NCBI RefSeq assembly: GCF_009914755.1
Contig: NC_060947.1
Source of the DNA: the human T2T-CHM13v2.0 reference genome, Homo sapiens
Direction: 5' to 3' (one strand)
Length of the DNA stretch: 64,000 bases
Both the position numbers and the translations under genes were made by a program. A model generated the notes under the pieces. It searched no databases and was not told the origin of the DNA. It saw only the letters and a list, made by a program, of their open reading frames with translations. Shown here piece after piece: positions 43,728-64,000 of the stretch (the stretch's first letter is position 1; each line of letters begins with the position of its first letter).

Positions 43728-44669
43728 ATATTTTTTAATTGTTGTGGGTACATAGTAGTTGTATATATTTACGGGGTCCAAGAGATATTTTGATACCCAT
43801 AGGCAATGTGAAATAAGCACATCATGGAAAATGGGACATCCATTCCCTCAAGAATTTATCATTTGAGTTACAAACAATCCAATTATACTCTTTGAGTTAT
43901 TGTAAAATGTACAATCAAACTATTATTGACTATAGTCACCTTGCTGTGCTATCAAATAGTAGGTCTTATTCATTCTTTCTAATTTTTGGTACCAAATAAC
44001 CATCCCCAACTTCCCACAACACCCCCACTCCCCTTCCCAGGCTCCAGTAGCCATCCCTCTACTCTCAATATCCATGAGTTCAGTGGTTTTGATTTTTGCC
44101 TCCCACAAATGAGTGAGAACATATGATGTTTGTTTTTCTATGCCTGGCTTATTTCACTTAACAGAATGATCTCCAGTTCCAAACATCTGCATTTGTTGCA
44201 AATGTTTGAATCTCATTCTTTTTTAATAGCTGAATAGTACTTTACTGTGCATATGAACCACATTTTTAAAATCCATTCATCTGTTGATTAGCACTTAGGT
44301 TGCTTCCAAATCTTAGCTATTGTAAAATGTGCTGCAACCAATATATGGGGTGCAGATATATCTTGAATATACTGATTTTCTTTCTTCTGGGTATATACCC
44401 AGCAGTGAGTTGCTGGATCATATGGTAGCTCAATTTTTAGCTTCTTGAGAAACTGCCAAACTGTTCTCCATAGTGGATGTACTAATTTACCTGCCCACCA
44501 ATAGTGTACAAGGGTTCCTTTTTCTCGACATCCTCACCAGCATCTGTTATTGCCTGTCTTTTCGATAAAAGGTTTTTTAATTGGGGTGAGATGGCATCTC
44601 ATTGTACTTTTGATTTGCATTTCTCTGATAATCAATGATGTTGAACGCCTTTTCATATGCCTGTCCACT
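43728..44669 (-). mobile_element. L1MA1/2-like 3' fragment inserted in the L1PA15/16
   Basis: gtgggtacatagtagttgtatatatttacgggg...aagcacatcatggaaaatggg. TSD ca(t/c)tgatgagcatttag at 43711-43727 and 44670-44686. Confidence 0.85.
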
Positions 44670-45515
44670 CACTGATGAGCATTTAGGTTGATTCTATATG
44701 TTTGCTATTGTGAATAGTGCTGCGATGAACATGCACGTGTGGCTGTCTTTATGGTAGAATGATGTATATTCCTTCAGGTATGTACTCAGTAATGTCATTG
44801 CTGGGTCAAATGGTAGTTTCATTTTAAGTTTTGAGAGAATCAAACTACTTTTCATAATGGCTGAACTAATTTATATTCCCACCAGTAGTTTATAAGCATT
44901 CTCCTTTCTCCACAACCTCACCAGCATCTCTTATTTATTTGACTTTTTAATAAATAGCCATTCTGACTGGTGTGAAATGTTATCACATTGTGGTTTTCAT
45001 TTGCATTGCTCTAATGATCAGTAATGTTGATCGTTTTTTCATATGCTTGTTGGCCACATGTATGTCTTCTTTTCAAAAGTGTATGTTCATGTTCTTTGCC
45101 CATTTTTCAATGGGGTTGTTTGTTTCTTGCTTGTTGATTTAAGTTGCTTATAGATGCTGGATATTAGATCTTTGTCAAATGCATAGTTTGCAAATATTTT
45201 CGCCCATTCTGTAAGTCATATGTTTACTCTGTTGATAGTTTCTTTAGCTGTGCAGAAGCTCTTAGTAAAATTAGGTCCTACTTGTCAATTTTTGTTGTTG
45301 TTACAATTGCATTTGAGTCCTTATCATGAAATCTTTGCCAGGGCCTATGTCCAGAATGTACTTCCTAGTTTACTTCTAGAGTCTTTATAGCTTTGGGTTT
45401 CACATTTGTCTATAATGCACCTTGAATTGGTTTCTGTATATGGTGAAAGGAAATGATACATTTTCAATCTTCTGCATATGGTTAGCCAGTTATCCTACCA
45501 CTATTTACTGAATAG

Positions 45516-45928
<413 letters not shown>

Positions 45929-48900
45929 ATGTCTGTTTTTATACCAGTATCGTGCTGTTTTGGTTACTGTAGCCTTGTGGTATGGTTTGAATTTGGGTAA
46001 TGTGATACCTTCAGCTTTTTTTTTTTTTTTTTTCTTAGGATTGTCTTGGCTATTCGGGCTCTTTTTTGGTTCCGTTTAAATTTTAAAGTTGATTTTTTTC
46101 TAATTCTGTCAAGAATGTCATTGGTAGTTTAATAGGAACAGCATTGACTCCGTACATTGCTTTCTGCAGGATGTCCATCTAAACAATGTTGATTCTTCCT
46201 ATCCATGATCATGAAATGTTTTTTCATTTGTTTGTGTCATCTCTGATTTCTTTGAACAGTGTTTTACAATTCTCATTGTAGAGATCATTCACCTCCCTGG
46301 TTAGGTGTGTTCCTAGGTATTTCATTCTTTTTGTGGCTATTGTGAATGAGACTGTGTCACTGTTACAGAATGGGACTATGTTACTGTTGGGGGGGTGGTG
46401 ATGAAGTCTCCTACTATTACTGCGTGACTATCTAAGTCTCTTCATAGTCTCTAAGAACTTGCTTTATGAGTCTGTGTGCTCCTGCGTTGGGTGCATGTAT
46501 ATTTAGGATAGTTAGGTCTTCTTGTTGAATTAAATCCTTTACCATTATGTCATGTCTTTTATGATCATTGTTGGTTTAAAGTCTGTTTTTCCTGAAATTA
46601 AGATAGTATCCCCTGCTTTTCTCTGTTTTCCATTTGCTTGATAGATTTTTCTCCATCCCTTTCTTTGAGACTATAGGTCATTCCATTTGAGATGGGTCTC
46701 CTGAAGAAAGCATATAGTTGGCTCTTGCTTCTTTATCCAACTTGCCATTCTGTGGGCATTTAGACCATTTACATTAAAGTTTAATATTGATATATGCATA
46801 TTTGAGCCTGTCATCATGTTGTTAGCTGGTTATTAAGCAGACTTGATTGTGTAGTTGCTTTATGGTGCCAATGGTCTATGTACTTACTTACGTGTATTTC
46901 CATGGTGGCCATTAACAGTCTTTCCTTTCTGTATTTAGCACTCCTTTAAGGACCACTTTTAAGGCAGATCTTGTGGTAACAAATTTTCTTAGTATTTGCT
47001 TGTCTGAAAAGGTTCTTCTTTCTCCTTTGCTTATAAAGCTTAGCTTGGCTAGATATAAATTTCCCTGTTAGATTTTCTTATCTTAAAGAATGCTGAATAT
47101 AGGCTCCCCATCTCTTCTGGCTTGTAGGGTTTCTGTTGAAAGATCCACTCTTGGCCTGTTGGGATTCCCTTTGTAGTTGTCCAGCCCCTTCTCTCTAGCT
47201 GCCTTTAACATTTTTTCTTTAATTTTGACTTTGGAAAATCTGGTGACTATATGTCTTGGGAATGCTTATATTTTACAGTATTTTGCAGGGGTCCTCTTTA
47301 TTTCCTTAATTTTATTATTGGCTTCTCTAGTGAGGTTGGGGAAATTTCATGGATGATATCCTCAAATATGTTTTTTGAGTTGCTTGCTTTCAATCCCTCG
47401 CTGTCAGAGACACCAATGTGTCATAAATTTCATCTCTTTTCATAATCCCATATTTCTTGGAAGTTTTGTACATTCTTCTTTATTCTTTATTCTTTGTTTT
47501 TGTTTGATCGAGTTATTTTGGAGAACGAGTCTTTGATCTCTGAGATTCTTTCCTAAGCTTGGTCTATTTTACTGTTAATATATTAGGAAATTATTGAATG
47601 AGTTTTTCAGCTCTGTCAGATCAGTTTGGTTCTTTCTTAAAATGGCTATTTTGTCTTTCCACTCCTGTATAATTTTATTTTATTATTTAAATTCCTTGGA
47701 TTGGATTTTGACTTCCTCCTGAATCTCAATGATTTTCATTGCTATCCATATCGTGAATTATATGTGTGTCATTTCAGCCATTTCAGCCTGGTTAAGAACC
47801 ATTGCTGGAGAACTAGTATGGTCATTTGAAGGTAAGAAAACTGGTCTTTTGAGTTACCAGAGTTCTTGTACTGGTTCTCTCTAATCTGTAGGCTGGTGTT
47901 CCTTCAATCTTTTAAGTTCTTATAAGTTTCTGTCCTTCAGATGGAGTTTTTTGCCTTTATCTTCTTTGATGCCCTTGAGTGTTTGATTGTGGTTTAAGGT
48001 GGGTTCAGTAAACTGGCTTTGTTTCTGGGTAAATTAAGGGGGTCTAGGCTTGGCTTAGCACTCTTGGGATGCGTGCTCTAACTCTGGGGGTCTGATACCA
48101 GGCCCCCAGCTTTGTTATTTAGCTCATCCTGCTGCACTGGAGGGGCCTAGGTGTTCCCAACCTGCTAGCCACAACAGTCATGTGTGGTGCTGGCCAAAGC
48201 ACTTCATCAGGCTGGTGGGAGTGGTACATGCTCACTGGTACATTCCAGCAGCCACAGTACCATGGCAAGGTGCATGAACACTGACTGGGGTTGGGCACCA
48301 GTTGAAGAAGGGCAGTGGCATTCCTGTGCACACTTTTACCAGTGAAAGCAGCAGCAGGGATAGGGCACTAATGGGGGCAAGGTTGCCAGAATCTGTGTGC
48401 ATGTTTGCACCAGTGGTGGTGGCACAGCTGTGTGCCTGAGCATCAGCCACAGGGGGTTCATCAGGGTGGGCTCATACTGGCAGCAGTGGTGTGGAGGGAT
48501 GTGTGTGCATACACACATTAGTGGGGGAGAAGAGAGGAGGTCTGTTTGTGAGTGCCCACTGGAAAAGTGGTGGGGTGGGGAGCTGTGGACAAGTGCATGA
48601 TGGCAAAACAGCAGGAGAGGCTGTGATGTAAGGAAGGTGCTCGTGGGGTGCTGCATGTTGGTGAGTGAGTATCCTGGACCCCTGTAATGGTCAGGCATGG
48701 TCTTCCAGCAAAGGAGCTATGATGAGGGCTTCCAGGGAGTGCTATGGTTGGGCATATGAGGCTGCACAGTGAGTGGGTACAGCCAGGCTGGGACCCCAGG
48801 AGAGGCCAGCAGACAGGGGGACACTCAGACCGGTCTGGCCCTGTCCCACTGGCAAGATCTCCCTGCTCTGTCCAGATCCAACAGTCACCTAAAAGCTAAA

Positions 48901-49393
48901 GTCTTCTAAAGGAATATGGTTGGCCTTGGGAGTTGAGTATTGCTGGCTGTGCTCCACTGCAGACTTTCTCATAAGTACCCAAACCCTCTGGGCTTCACAC
49001 AGACTGGAGGCCTGCTCCTGCCACTTCTCTAAGCAGCTCCTTCTGCCATCTCAACTGTCTGTAACGGTCTTGGGGTCTTCTGCCACTGGAATTCTAGAAA
49101 TTCATGGTGAGAGCAGGGCACTCCTCACCTGTTCAACTCACCCCTTCTTTAGGAGTCTCTGGAGGCCAGGAACAGGAAGGAGGCCTGGTACTCAGCAGCA
49201 CTGCGCACTGTTCTCAGTTTCCTCCCCCTTCAGCCTAGCACCTGCATCCTCCCTCCATCCACTCTCAATGCCTTCCCTCTGAAGGTCTGTTCAGAGTGTG
49301 CCAGTCTTCCCAAAGTACCAGTCTCTTGGTAGGAGATGTTCCTCCTGGCTGTGTCTAGTTGGCTATCACGGCTCCTTCTGGGTTATCTTATTT

Positions 49394-49560
49394 AATCTTC
49401 AAAACAGTATCATGATAATATAGGCTATTTTACTATTTTACAGATTATGAAACTAGGGTTTGAAAGTGGTTACATAAGTTGCCACAGATATCAAAGCTGG
49501 GAGGCAGTAGAGCTGTAATTCAAATTCCATTATTGAAAGCTACAGTCCACACTCTTCACC
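49394..49560 (-). mobile_element. MIR (right part; left part at ~43240-43313)
   Basis: aatcttcaaaacag...attttacagattatgaaactaggg...aagttgccacag. Confidence 0.7.
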
Positions 49561-50997
49561 AGTAGAATGTTTTCTCTCCCTGGGATGTGTGCCCAGGCTC
49601 AGTCTTACTAGCAGTACACAGCGAGGAGAGGCACAAAAGAGATTCATACCCTTCTCTGGTTACACCACTGCATTCACCTTTATTGCCTCTGCCTGAAAAA
49701 GTTTAAATGGATTATAGAAATGTCTGATTGTTATCAACTTGAGGAAGGATGTTCTCTTTCATCATCCTGTGGAAATAGTGCACAAATTCAAGAGTGTAAG
49801 TTCCCTAAATGTCACTGAACAGAAGAGAATAGAGGAGGGTAATGGATTTTTCCATCAAGTGTCTTTTATTTAACCTAGTCTTTCACCTCACTAAGTAGAA
49901 GGCCATCTGGTCTCATACTCCAACTGCAGAATAGTTAAAAGAAAATAATAGGAAATTGGAGAATGGTTATGCAATGTTTATTTCTGAGTTAAAGTGGAGC
50001 TTTAATCTTCTAATTTTTTTAATGGGCATAATGCTAGTCTGGCAAATTATTAATAGTTTGGATTTAATTCAAAAATTTGGTTATATATTTTATTAAGCTC
50101 ATATTTACTGGAGCACAAGGCAAGCTATAGTAACAAGCATCAAAAGTCTATTTTACTGCCCATATTATGAGCAGATGGAGCATAGATGTTTAAAAATGCC
50201 AAACCTTTTGATTAAAAGCCTGATTATAGTCAGATCAAGATGAAGAATAATGGTTCTATACAAAGGTTCTCTGCATTTTAAAATACTAGTGGACTTTTAC
50301 TTGACTTTTTTGCAATTAGATGTTATAGTTTTATAAAATTTTGAGTTTGAAATACAAAAATAAACCCCAACCCCTCTAAAATGAGCAGAGATTGCAAAGG
50401 GCTTGTTTTCAGCAGAACAAGGACAGAGTTTCCCCTAATATTGCCAGATCAATGAGTTACTACTGTTATCATGCAACAGGGGGTAAACTTTTGAAAATAA
50501 AGGCTTATAAAAGTAGTACAGGCAGAAAATAGACATGCATGTGGGTTGATAATGTGATTTAGTTAATGAGATATTTTTAAAAATCAGGATGATTTGGGAA
50601 CATTTTTGTCTGAGATTGTTACCTCAAATGATCTACTCTCACACAATAAACGACCAGATGCTAAAAGCATAAGAGTTCTACAAGACACTTAATACAAGAT
50701 ACTCCTATGAACAAGATACTTCTCCATAGAATAACAATGTTTAAGCCTGGAACCTTGTTGCTCAACTCTCTACACAGTTAACATTCCCTTGGAATTTATT
50801 TCCCCACAGTATTCAAAAAATGTGTCTCAATAAGAGGGCTAGTGAAAGTGGTTGAAGCTGGTCAAAAACTAGTGAAGTCCCTTCAAATACAGAAGCACAA
50901 AGGAGATAAATCTGAAATGCTTCCACCCAAAAAGCAGTATGATACAGTGGTACATAGGTTTTGAAGCCTAGCAAAATTAGTCTTAAAACCCAGTTAT

Positions 50998-56110
<5,113 letters not shown>

Positions 56111-56589
56111 ACAGTTGTGGAATTTACTCAGCTGTGTAATCTTGGGTAAATTAATTATTTCTTATGGTCACAGTTTTGTTGTCTGTAAAATAGGTCAACA
56201 CTGTGTTAGCCTCATAGGTAGTTGTGAGGCTCAAGTAATGTAAAGAGCCATGCACATATTTAGCACTTAATTTTTGAAGGCCTCAGAAGCACTGTAGTAA
56301 ATGTTGGAACAACAATTAACCATCGTTAACAAGCTCTTAGAATTTGCTACAATTAACAATCTTTCTGAATTGCTGCAATCACAGGCTCCTATATGTTCTC
56401 CTGTATTCCTTCTTCAACTTTAGCTTCTAACACTGCTTTGCAGATGTTTCGGACACTACCTGGTGCTCCTGGACATTTACATATTGCCTCTGTCCAAAGT
56501 TGATTTGAGGTGTTTTAATAAAATGGAACAGCAACATGTCTTTATCTTTTTTCTGTTATTTGTCATCTGAGTACCCTTGCTTCTGAGAG

Positions 56590-56818
56590 GCATTATTACA
56601 TGATGGTGAAAGGGATAAACCAGGTAGAGTTCTAATCCTAACCTTTTTGTACTTACTAGATGACATAGTTAGATAATTTATCTGTGCTTCGGTTCCTGTC
56701 TCTGAAAAAAAAGTGGAGATGAAAATAGTACTTTAGTGTTGTTGTGAGGATTAAATGAGGAAATACATTTAAAGTACCTGGAACATAACAGGCACTAAAT
56801 AAATGTTAGCTATTATTT
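56590..56818 (+). mobile_element. MIR SINE
   Basis: gttgttgtgaggattaaatgaggaaatacatttaaagtacctggaacata...aataaatgttagctattatt. Confidence 0.82.
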
Positions 56819-58760
56819 TTTCTTTTTGTTTAACAAATTATGACCTTGACTCACTACCAAATGGTTTTATAGTCTTCTATTGGCAGCACTAAGAAGCACG
56901 CTCAGATGCAGTAGATAAAACATGTATCAACTCAGGTATAGTAATGAGCCCAAAGTGTGAGCAGCATAACCCTCAGAGGTCACAGAGTTACTGCAGGCAG
57001 TCCATAAAACCACTCACAACAGTCTTTTCTCAAAGAGTCATGATTTTTTAAAAAGATACAGGATGGGTAGACTTCAGATTATTTGGCTGTCAAAAAGGGG
57101 TCCTGAAATATCTATATGTCTACAGATATAAAAATACACAAACACAATTCTTATGTTCCATTAAATTCTGAAAGCAGATGATTTATATATCAACATACAT
57201 TCCTCAAAAATACTGATGAAGTAATTAGAAATATATTTACAGTTTATTATATTTAAAAAACAACAGCAGTGTAGCGCTAGCTTAAAAAAAGAAGGTTGTT
57301 AAATTACTTCTTATATTGAAGGACTGCATGGACAACTAAACACACCCAAAACTCCAAGGGGCACAGAACACCAAAGAACCTGGCAGTTACAAATGTCCTA
57401 AATCATTTAAATATGAGTCTTAGCTAGAATAAAGTTAACAACCCTGAAAAATCAGCCAGATAAAAATCTTCATTCTAATTGAAATAATTTCAATAAAATA
57501 TTTAATTTTTAAAAGATTTAGGGGACAAAATATGTCTTAAAAGCTTAGATTTAGTATGTCCTTTTTGCAGTTGTAAAACATAAAGTATATATTAGGAGGT
57601 TTAAGCATATCCAAATGCACGGCTATGTTATCCTTATGGGAAATGTGGGGATTTCTTTGTTAATTTTGGCTATCTGTTAGACATATTTCCTTACAGTTAT
57701 TTAATATTTCCATTCATAATAAGACATTAATTCTTTAAAAATTTATACTCATTGAAGAGAGAAAAGGGATAGTGTTAGTCAATGTCAATGTAATTAAAAC
57801 AAAGCTATCCCAAAGTGTTTTCCACTTTCAAGTATTGTTATACTTTCATAACTGAATAAGAATGCATGGAGCAAAATAATATGTTAAATAATTTTACTTG
57901 CTATACATGGGACACTAGGCATATTTTTTCAGCTGAATCTGAATCTTCATTGAAAATGAGAAATGGGTCATGGCAGGTACAGAAGTTCTATACTTGTGGC
58001 CATAATGACTCACATATAATTAGAACAGACAAACATTGCAAATATATACAGTTAAATTATACTAAGTAGGTACAGCATTCACTAACAAATTTAAAGAACT
58101 ATTAGAAATGTATATTTTCAATGATGTGACAGACATGATATCTTAAAAACTTCTGTATATAAGAGATTAAGAAATGTTTTATAAAACATTACATTCTTTT
58201 TATATGTAAGACTAATCTCACGAGAAAATATGAAGAATCTCCAAATCAAAAGCAAAAAGAGAACTGAAAACCTTATGGTTAGCTGACAAAAGCCCTATGG
58301 ATGCCCTGGAAATATCTGAAGATGTCTGTACCTAAAAAGCTTGAGTTGCAAACACTGTGAAAGATCAGCAGACAAGGATTTGGCCCTTAGCAAAATGGAA
58401 GTTGGAACAAAAATCCCAGCATTAAGCTGGGACCCATGAAGGACTAAATCCTCAGTGAAAGGCTATTTTAGAAAATAGTCCATCTGCTTGCAAAGGGACA
58501 CCATGAAAATTTTATTTATCTTATTTTGGGGAGGAACAAACAAACAAACAAACAAATACTTCCTCCTGAGAATTCTTAGATTAGAGAATTACAGGGCTAA
58601 GAAACCACAAACCAGAAAATTGATACCAATTGTTCTTAGGTTTGTAGCACTAGAGAAAAAAGCGAGCACGAATAATGAATACAGGGACACATCTTCCAAT
58701 CACCCATCAGAGTATGCCCGCTATAAAAATACAGCACGCGATCTAAATTAAAAAAATTTA

Positions 58761-59760
<1,000 letters not shown>

Positions 59761-59843
59761 AAATAAATTAAACATGCAGTAAGCAGGATATCATAAAAAT
59801 AATAAACTGAACAACAAAAAAAGCACAATTAGGCCTTCAAATA

Positions 59844-60163
59844 CAGTCACGTGTCACTTAATGACAGGGAGATCTGAAAAATGCGTCCTTAGACGATTTT
59901 GTCATTGTGCAAACATTGTAGAGTGTACTTACACAAACCTAGATGGTATACATATGTTTATTTATATAGATTATTTCATATGGAAAACCATATATATTAG
60001 CCCCATTACTTAATATCAGTAATTTCCCCTACTTAATCTGCAATGCCAATATCAAACACCATATATCAAGTTTCTATATGCGCTTCATTACAATCTTATT
60101 GGACCACCATTGTATATGTGGCCCATTGTTGACTGAAATTATTGTTATGTGGCTTAAGACTAC
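59844..60163 (+). mobile_element. Tigger3-family non-autonomous DNA transposon (Tigger3d-like)
   Basis: cagtcacgtgtcacttaatgac...gagtgtacttacacaaacctagatggtata...ggaccaccattgtatatgtgg. Confidence 0.8.
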
Positions 60164-60609
60164 TTCAGACGCTGAACTATTTGAATTATAAAATATGGGA
60201 TGTAAAATAAATGTCTTACATTTTAAAGAAATGAAAGACAGAATAAAAAATGTAAGCAATGTTAACAGACTCATTAAAAAGACCAGGAAATTTGAATAGG
60301 AACCAAACATATCTTTGGGAAATGAGAAAAATAACCATTATGAGTAAAATACAAGGATTAAACAGCAAACTGTAGTCAGCTGAAGAGAGGATCACAAAAT
60401 ACAGCAGAGCAACACAAAGATATGAAAAATATAATATGAAATAGAGGTCAAGAGACATTAGTGATAACCTGAGAAGGTTCAACATACATATAACTAAAAA
60501 GAAGAAAAATAAAGATTGTCATGTATATTAAGGGATAGGGTGGGGGATGCATAATATGAAGACATGGCTGAGAATTTTCCAGAATGGATAAAAAGCCTCC
60601 CACAATCTG

Positions 60610-61110
60610 TGAAAGTTACTTGGTCTTTTATGACCTTGACACTTTTGGAGAGTACAGGTCAGGTATTTTTGTGGAGTACTGTTCATACAAACCCTCAATT
60701 TGGCTTTGTCTGATGTTTTCTCATAGTCAGACAGAGGTTATAAACTTTTGAAAAGAATGCCATAGAGGTGTTGTACCCTGCTCAGTATATCAATAGGTAA
60801 ATAATTTTAACCTTGATTACCTGGTTAAGATGGTATCTACGAGGTTTCCCTGCTGTAAGTTTATTATTTTTTCATTGTAATCAATATATATTTGGAAGGA
60901 AAGAATTTGAGGCTGCATAGATATTCTGTTTCTCCTTAAATTTTGCCTGTTAACTTCAGCATTCACTAGTGCATTTCGACTGTAGCAAATATTACTACAG
61001 TACTTTAATGGTGATATTTTAATTTCCTTTATTCCTTCTACATTTATTATATAGAGTTCTTCTGTATGGGAGATTTGTTGCTTATACCCTATTTATTTAT
61101 TTTACTCAAG
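60610..61110 (-). mobile_element. L1MC-like 3'UTR fragment
   Basis: ttatgaccttgacacttttggagagtacaggtcaggtatt...aatttggctttgtctgatgttttctca. Confidence 0.65.
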
Positions 61111-61146
61111 TATGTTTTAAACAAAACCTTTTTATTTTGAAATTAT

Positions 61147-63150
61147 TTTATTTTTCTTTTCTCAACATTAATTTTAGGTTCGGGAGTACATGTGCAGGTT
61201 TGTTACGTGGGTAAATTGCATGTTGCAGGGGTTTGGTGTACAAATGATTCTGATACCCAAGTAGTGAGCATAGTACCCAACAGGTAGTTTTTCAACCCTC
61301 ACCCACCTCCCACCCTCCCCCCTCAAGTAGTCCCAGTGTCTATTGTCCATGTGTACGCAATGCTTAGCTTCCACATAAGTGAGAACATGTGGTATTTGGT
61401 TTTCTGTTCCTGCATTAATTCACTTAGGATAATGGCCTCCAGCTGCATTCATATTGCTGCAAAGGAAGTAATCATGCCCTTTTTAATGGCTGCATATTAT
61501 TCCATGGTGTATATGTACCAATTTTCTTTATTCAGTCCACTTTTGATAGACAACTGGGTTAATTCCATGCCTTTGCTATTGTGAATAGTGCTGTAATGAA
61601 CATATGTGTGCATTTTCTTTTTGGCAGGACAATTTGTTTTGGGGAGGATATATACCTAGTAATGTGATTGCTGAGCTGAAAGCTAGTTCTAAGTTCTTTG
61701 AGAAATCTACAAACTACTTTCCACAATTGCTGAACTAATTTACATTGCCACCAACAGTGTATAAGCATTCCCTTTTCCACAGCCTTGCCAGTGTCCGTTG
61801 CTTTTTTATTTTTAATAATGGTCATTCTGACTGGTGTAAGATAGTATCTCATTGTGGTTTTGATTTGTATTTCTCTAATGATGGTGTTGAGCATTTTTTC
61901 TTATGCTTGTTGGCTGTGTGTATGTCTTCTTTTGTGAAGTGTCTGTTCATGTCTTTTGCCCACTTTTTAATGGGGTTGTTTTTTGTTTTTTGCCTGTCAA
62001 GTTCCGTATAGATTTTGAATATTAGACATTTATCAAATACATAGTTTACTAATATTTTCTTCCATTATGTAGGTTGTCTGTTTACTCTGTCGATAGTTTG
62101 TTTTGCTGAGCAGAAGCTCTTTAGTTTAATTAGGTCTCACTTGTCAAATTTTTTGTTGTTACAATTGCTTTTGAGGACTTAGTCATAATTTTTTTTTCCC
62201 CAAGGCTGATGTCTAGAATGGTATTTCCTAGGTTTTCTTCTAGGGTTTCCATAGTTTTAGGTCTTAAGTCTTAAGTCCATTTTGAGTTTATTTTTGTATG
62301 TGATGAGAGGAAGTGGTCCAGTTTTAATGATCTGCATATTGCTAGCCAGTTATCCCAGCACAATTTATTGAATAGGGAGTCCTTTTCCCATTACTTTTTC
62401 TTGTCAACTTTGTCAAAGATCAGAAGGTTGTAGATGTACAGCTTTATTTTTGTGTTCTCTAACTTGTTCCATTGGTCTATGTGTCTGCTTTTTCTTGTTG
62501 TTTTTTGTTTGTTTGTTTGTTTGTTTGTTTTACCAGTATCATGCTGTTTTGATTACTGTAGACTAACAAAGCTTTTTGAAGTCAGATACCGTGATGCCTC
62601 TGGCTTTGTTCTTTTTGCTTAGGATTGCCTTGGTTATTCGGTCTCTTTTCTGCTTCCATATGAAATTTAACATAGTTTTTTTTTCTAATTCTGTGAAAAA
62701 TGACACTGGAAGTGTTGTAGAAATAGCATTGAATCTGTAAATTGCTTTGGGCAGGATGGCCATTTTCACAATATTGATTCTTCCTGTCCATGAGCATGTA
62801 ATGTTTTTCTATTTGTTCGTGTTGTCTCTGATTTCTTTCAGCTGGGTTTTGTAATTCCCATTGTAGATTTCTTTCACCTCCCTGGTTAGCTGTATTCCTA
62901 GGTATTTTATTATTTTTGTGGATATTGTAAATGAGATTGCATTCTTGATTTGGCTCTCCGCTTGGACATTGTTGGTGTATAGAAATGGTACTGATTTATA
63001 TACATTAATATTATACCCTGAAACTTTATTTAAGTTGTTTATCAGTTCTAGGAGCTTTCACACAGAAACTATGGAGTTTTTAAAAGTAGAGAATCATACC
63101 ATCTGCAAAGAGAGATTGTTTGATTTCCTCTCTTTCTTCCTATTTTGATG
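61147..63150 (-). mobile_element. 5'-truncated L1PA16-like element
   Basis: 3' end ttttaggttcgggagtacatgtgcagg. Reverse frames [15 protein letters not shown] and [11 protein letters not shown]. Approximate TSD ctttttatt(t)tgaaat at ~61128-61143 and ~63152-63166. Confidence 0.88.
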
Positions 63151-63151
63151 A

Positions 63152-63990
63152 CTTTTATTTGAAATAATTTTAGAATTATAAGTAGCAAAACTAGTACAGT
63201 GAGTTTCCAAATACCCTTCCTCAGATTTCCCCAAAGAGTATATCTTACATAAACATAGTGCATCATCAAAACCAAGAAATTGATGATTTTTGTACCACAT
63301 TACTATACTTAGTAACTATACCTAATTTGGATTTGGAATTCACTTGTAGATTTTTGGGGGAAGAATTGTGCTTTTTGTTTGTGTTTTTGTTTTGTTTTTG
63401 ACTGGGTCTCACTTTGTTGTCCAGGTTCACTACAGCCCCAAAGTCCTGGGCTCAAATGATCATACTACCTCATCCTCCAAGTAGCTAGGACTAGAGGAAC
63501 ATGCCACTGTGCCTGGTTCCATGGATTTTCCTAGTGGCTTTACATGAGATCTTTTGCATGTTTGCATATATGTATGTGTGTACGTCTATGAAATTTTATC
63601 TTAAGCAAAAATTTGTGTAATCACCATCATAATTAGAATACAAACAAATTATTAATTCATATTGCTATGGACTCAAGAGATATTTATTTTGGCCTTTGGG
63701 ATATAATATTATCATTATCCAGTTTTGTCTATTGGACACTCTTTTGGGGTAACTACTATGTCCTTATGACATACTACCATCTGTTGTTTTAAACGCTTTC
63801 TTACTGCATGGTACCAAGATAATTCTGTATTTTTCCTACCCCAGCTCTAGAATTAACCATTTCTCCAAAGATCACTGTTTCCCTTTACTGGTGAGTGGTA
63901 TTTAGAAACCATGACCTCTGTGCTTGTTGTACTATTGCTATTGAGTTATCCCTCTTTCTGGAACCTCTAGAAATATCTATGTATATGTAT
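63152..63990 (-). mobile_element. Old L1MB/MC 3' fragments
   Basis: tttatttgaaataattttaga...aaaccaagaaattga and ccagctctagaattaaccatttctccaaag. Confidence 0.55.
63378..63518 (-). mobile_element. Alu monomer (FLAM/FRAM-like)
   Basis: gggtctcactttgttgtccagg...tcctgggctcaaatgatc...gtagctaggactagagg. Confidence 0.75.
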
Positions 63991-64000
63991 ATGTATACGT

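Noticed and set aside
48119-49282. GC-rich ORFs as host exons
   Set aside because: They lie within the 5'UTR of the TSD-bounded L1PA15/16 element.

Overview
This is primate (human-like) genomic DNA made up almost entirely of nested retroelements. I found no intact host protein-coding gene and no retrotransposition-competent element. Every long ORF in the track is a decayed LINE-1 ORF1/ORF2, HERV-H, Alu or repeat-derived frame. The main elements are a near-full-length L1PA3 (7225-13353), a full-length L1PA7-like element (14596-21023), a HERV-H provirus with LTR7-family LTRs (25852-31408), several older L1s (L1PA15/16, L1PB1, L1MA, HAL1-like), Alus, MaLR LTRs, MIR/L2 and small DNA transposons. 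Subfamily names come from recalled consensus motifs, not from a search. Three observations stand out. (1) The target-site duplication (TSD) of the L1PA7 closes 1.6 kb downstream of the L1, after an ATTAAA and an A-tract, which indicates a 3' transduction that carried an older AluJ. (2) That L1 and the inverted L1 at 1-2989 share the same frameshift and the same nonsense codon, which implies copying or gene conversion after inactivation. (3) The HERV-H 5' LTR has lost its TATA/R/U5 region while the 3' LTR is intact. I did not find evidence for a new gene-encoded system. The unusual signal lies in the rearrangement history of the repeats.
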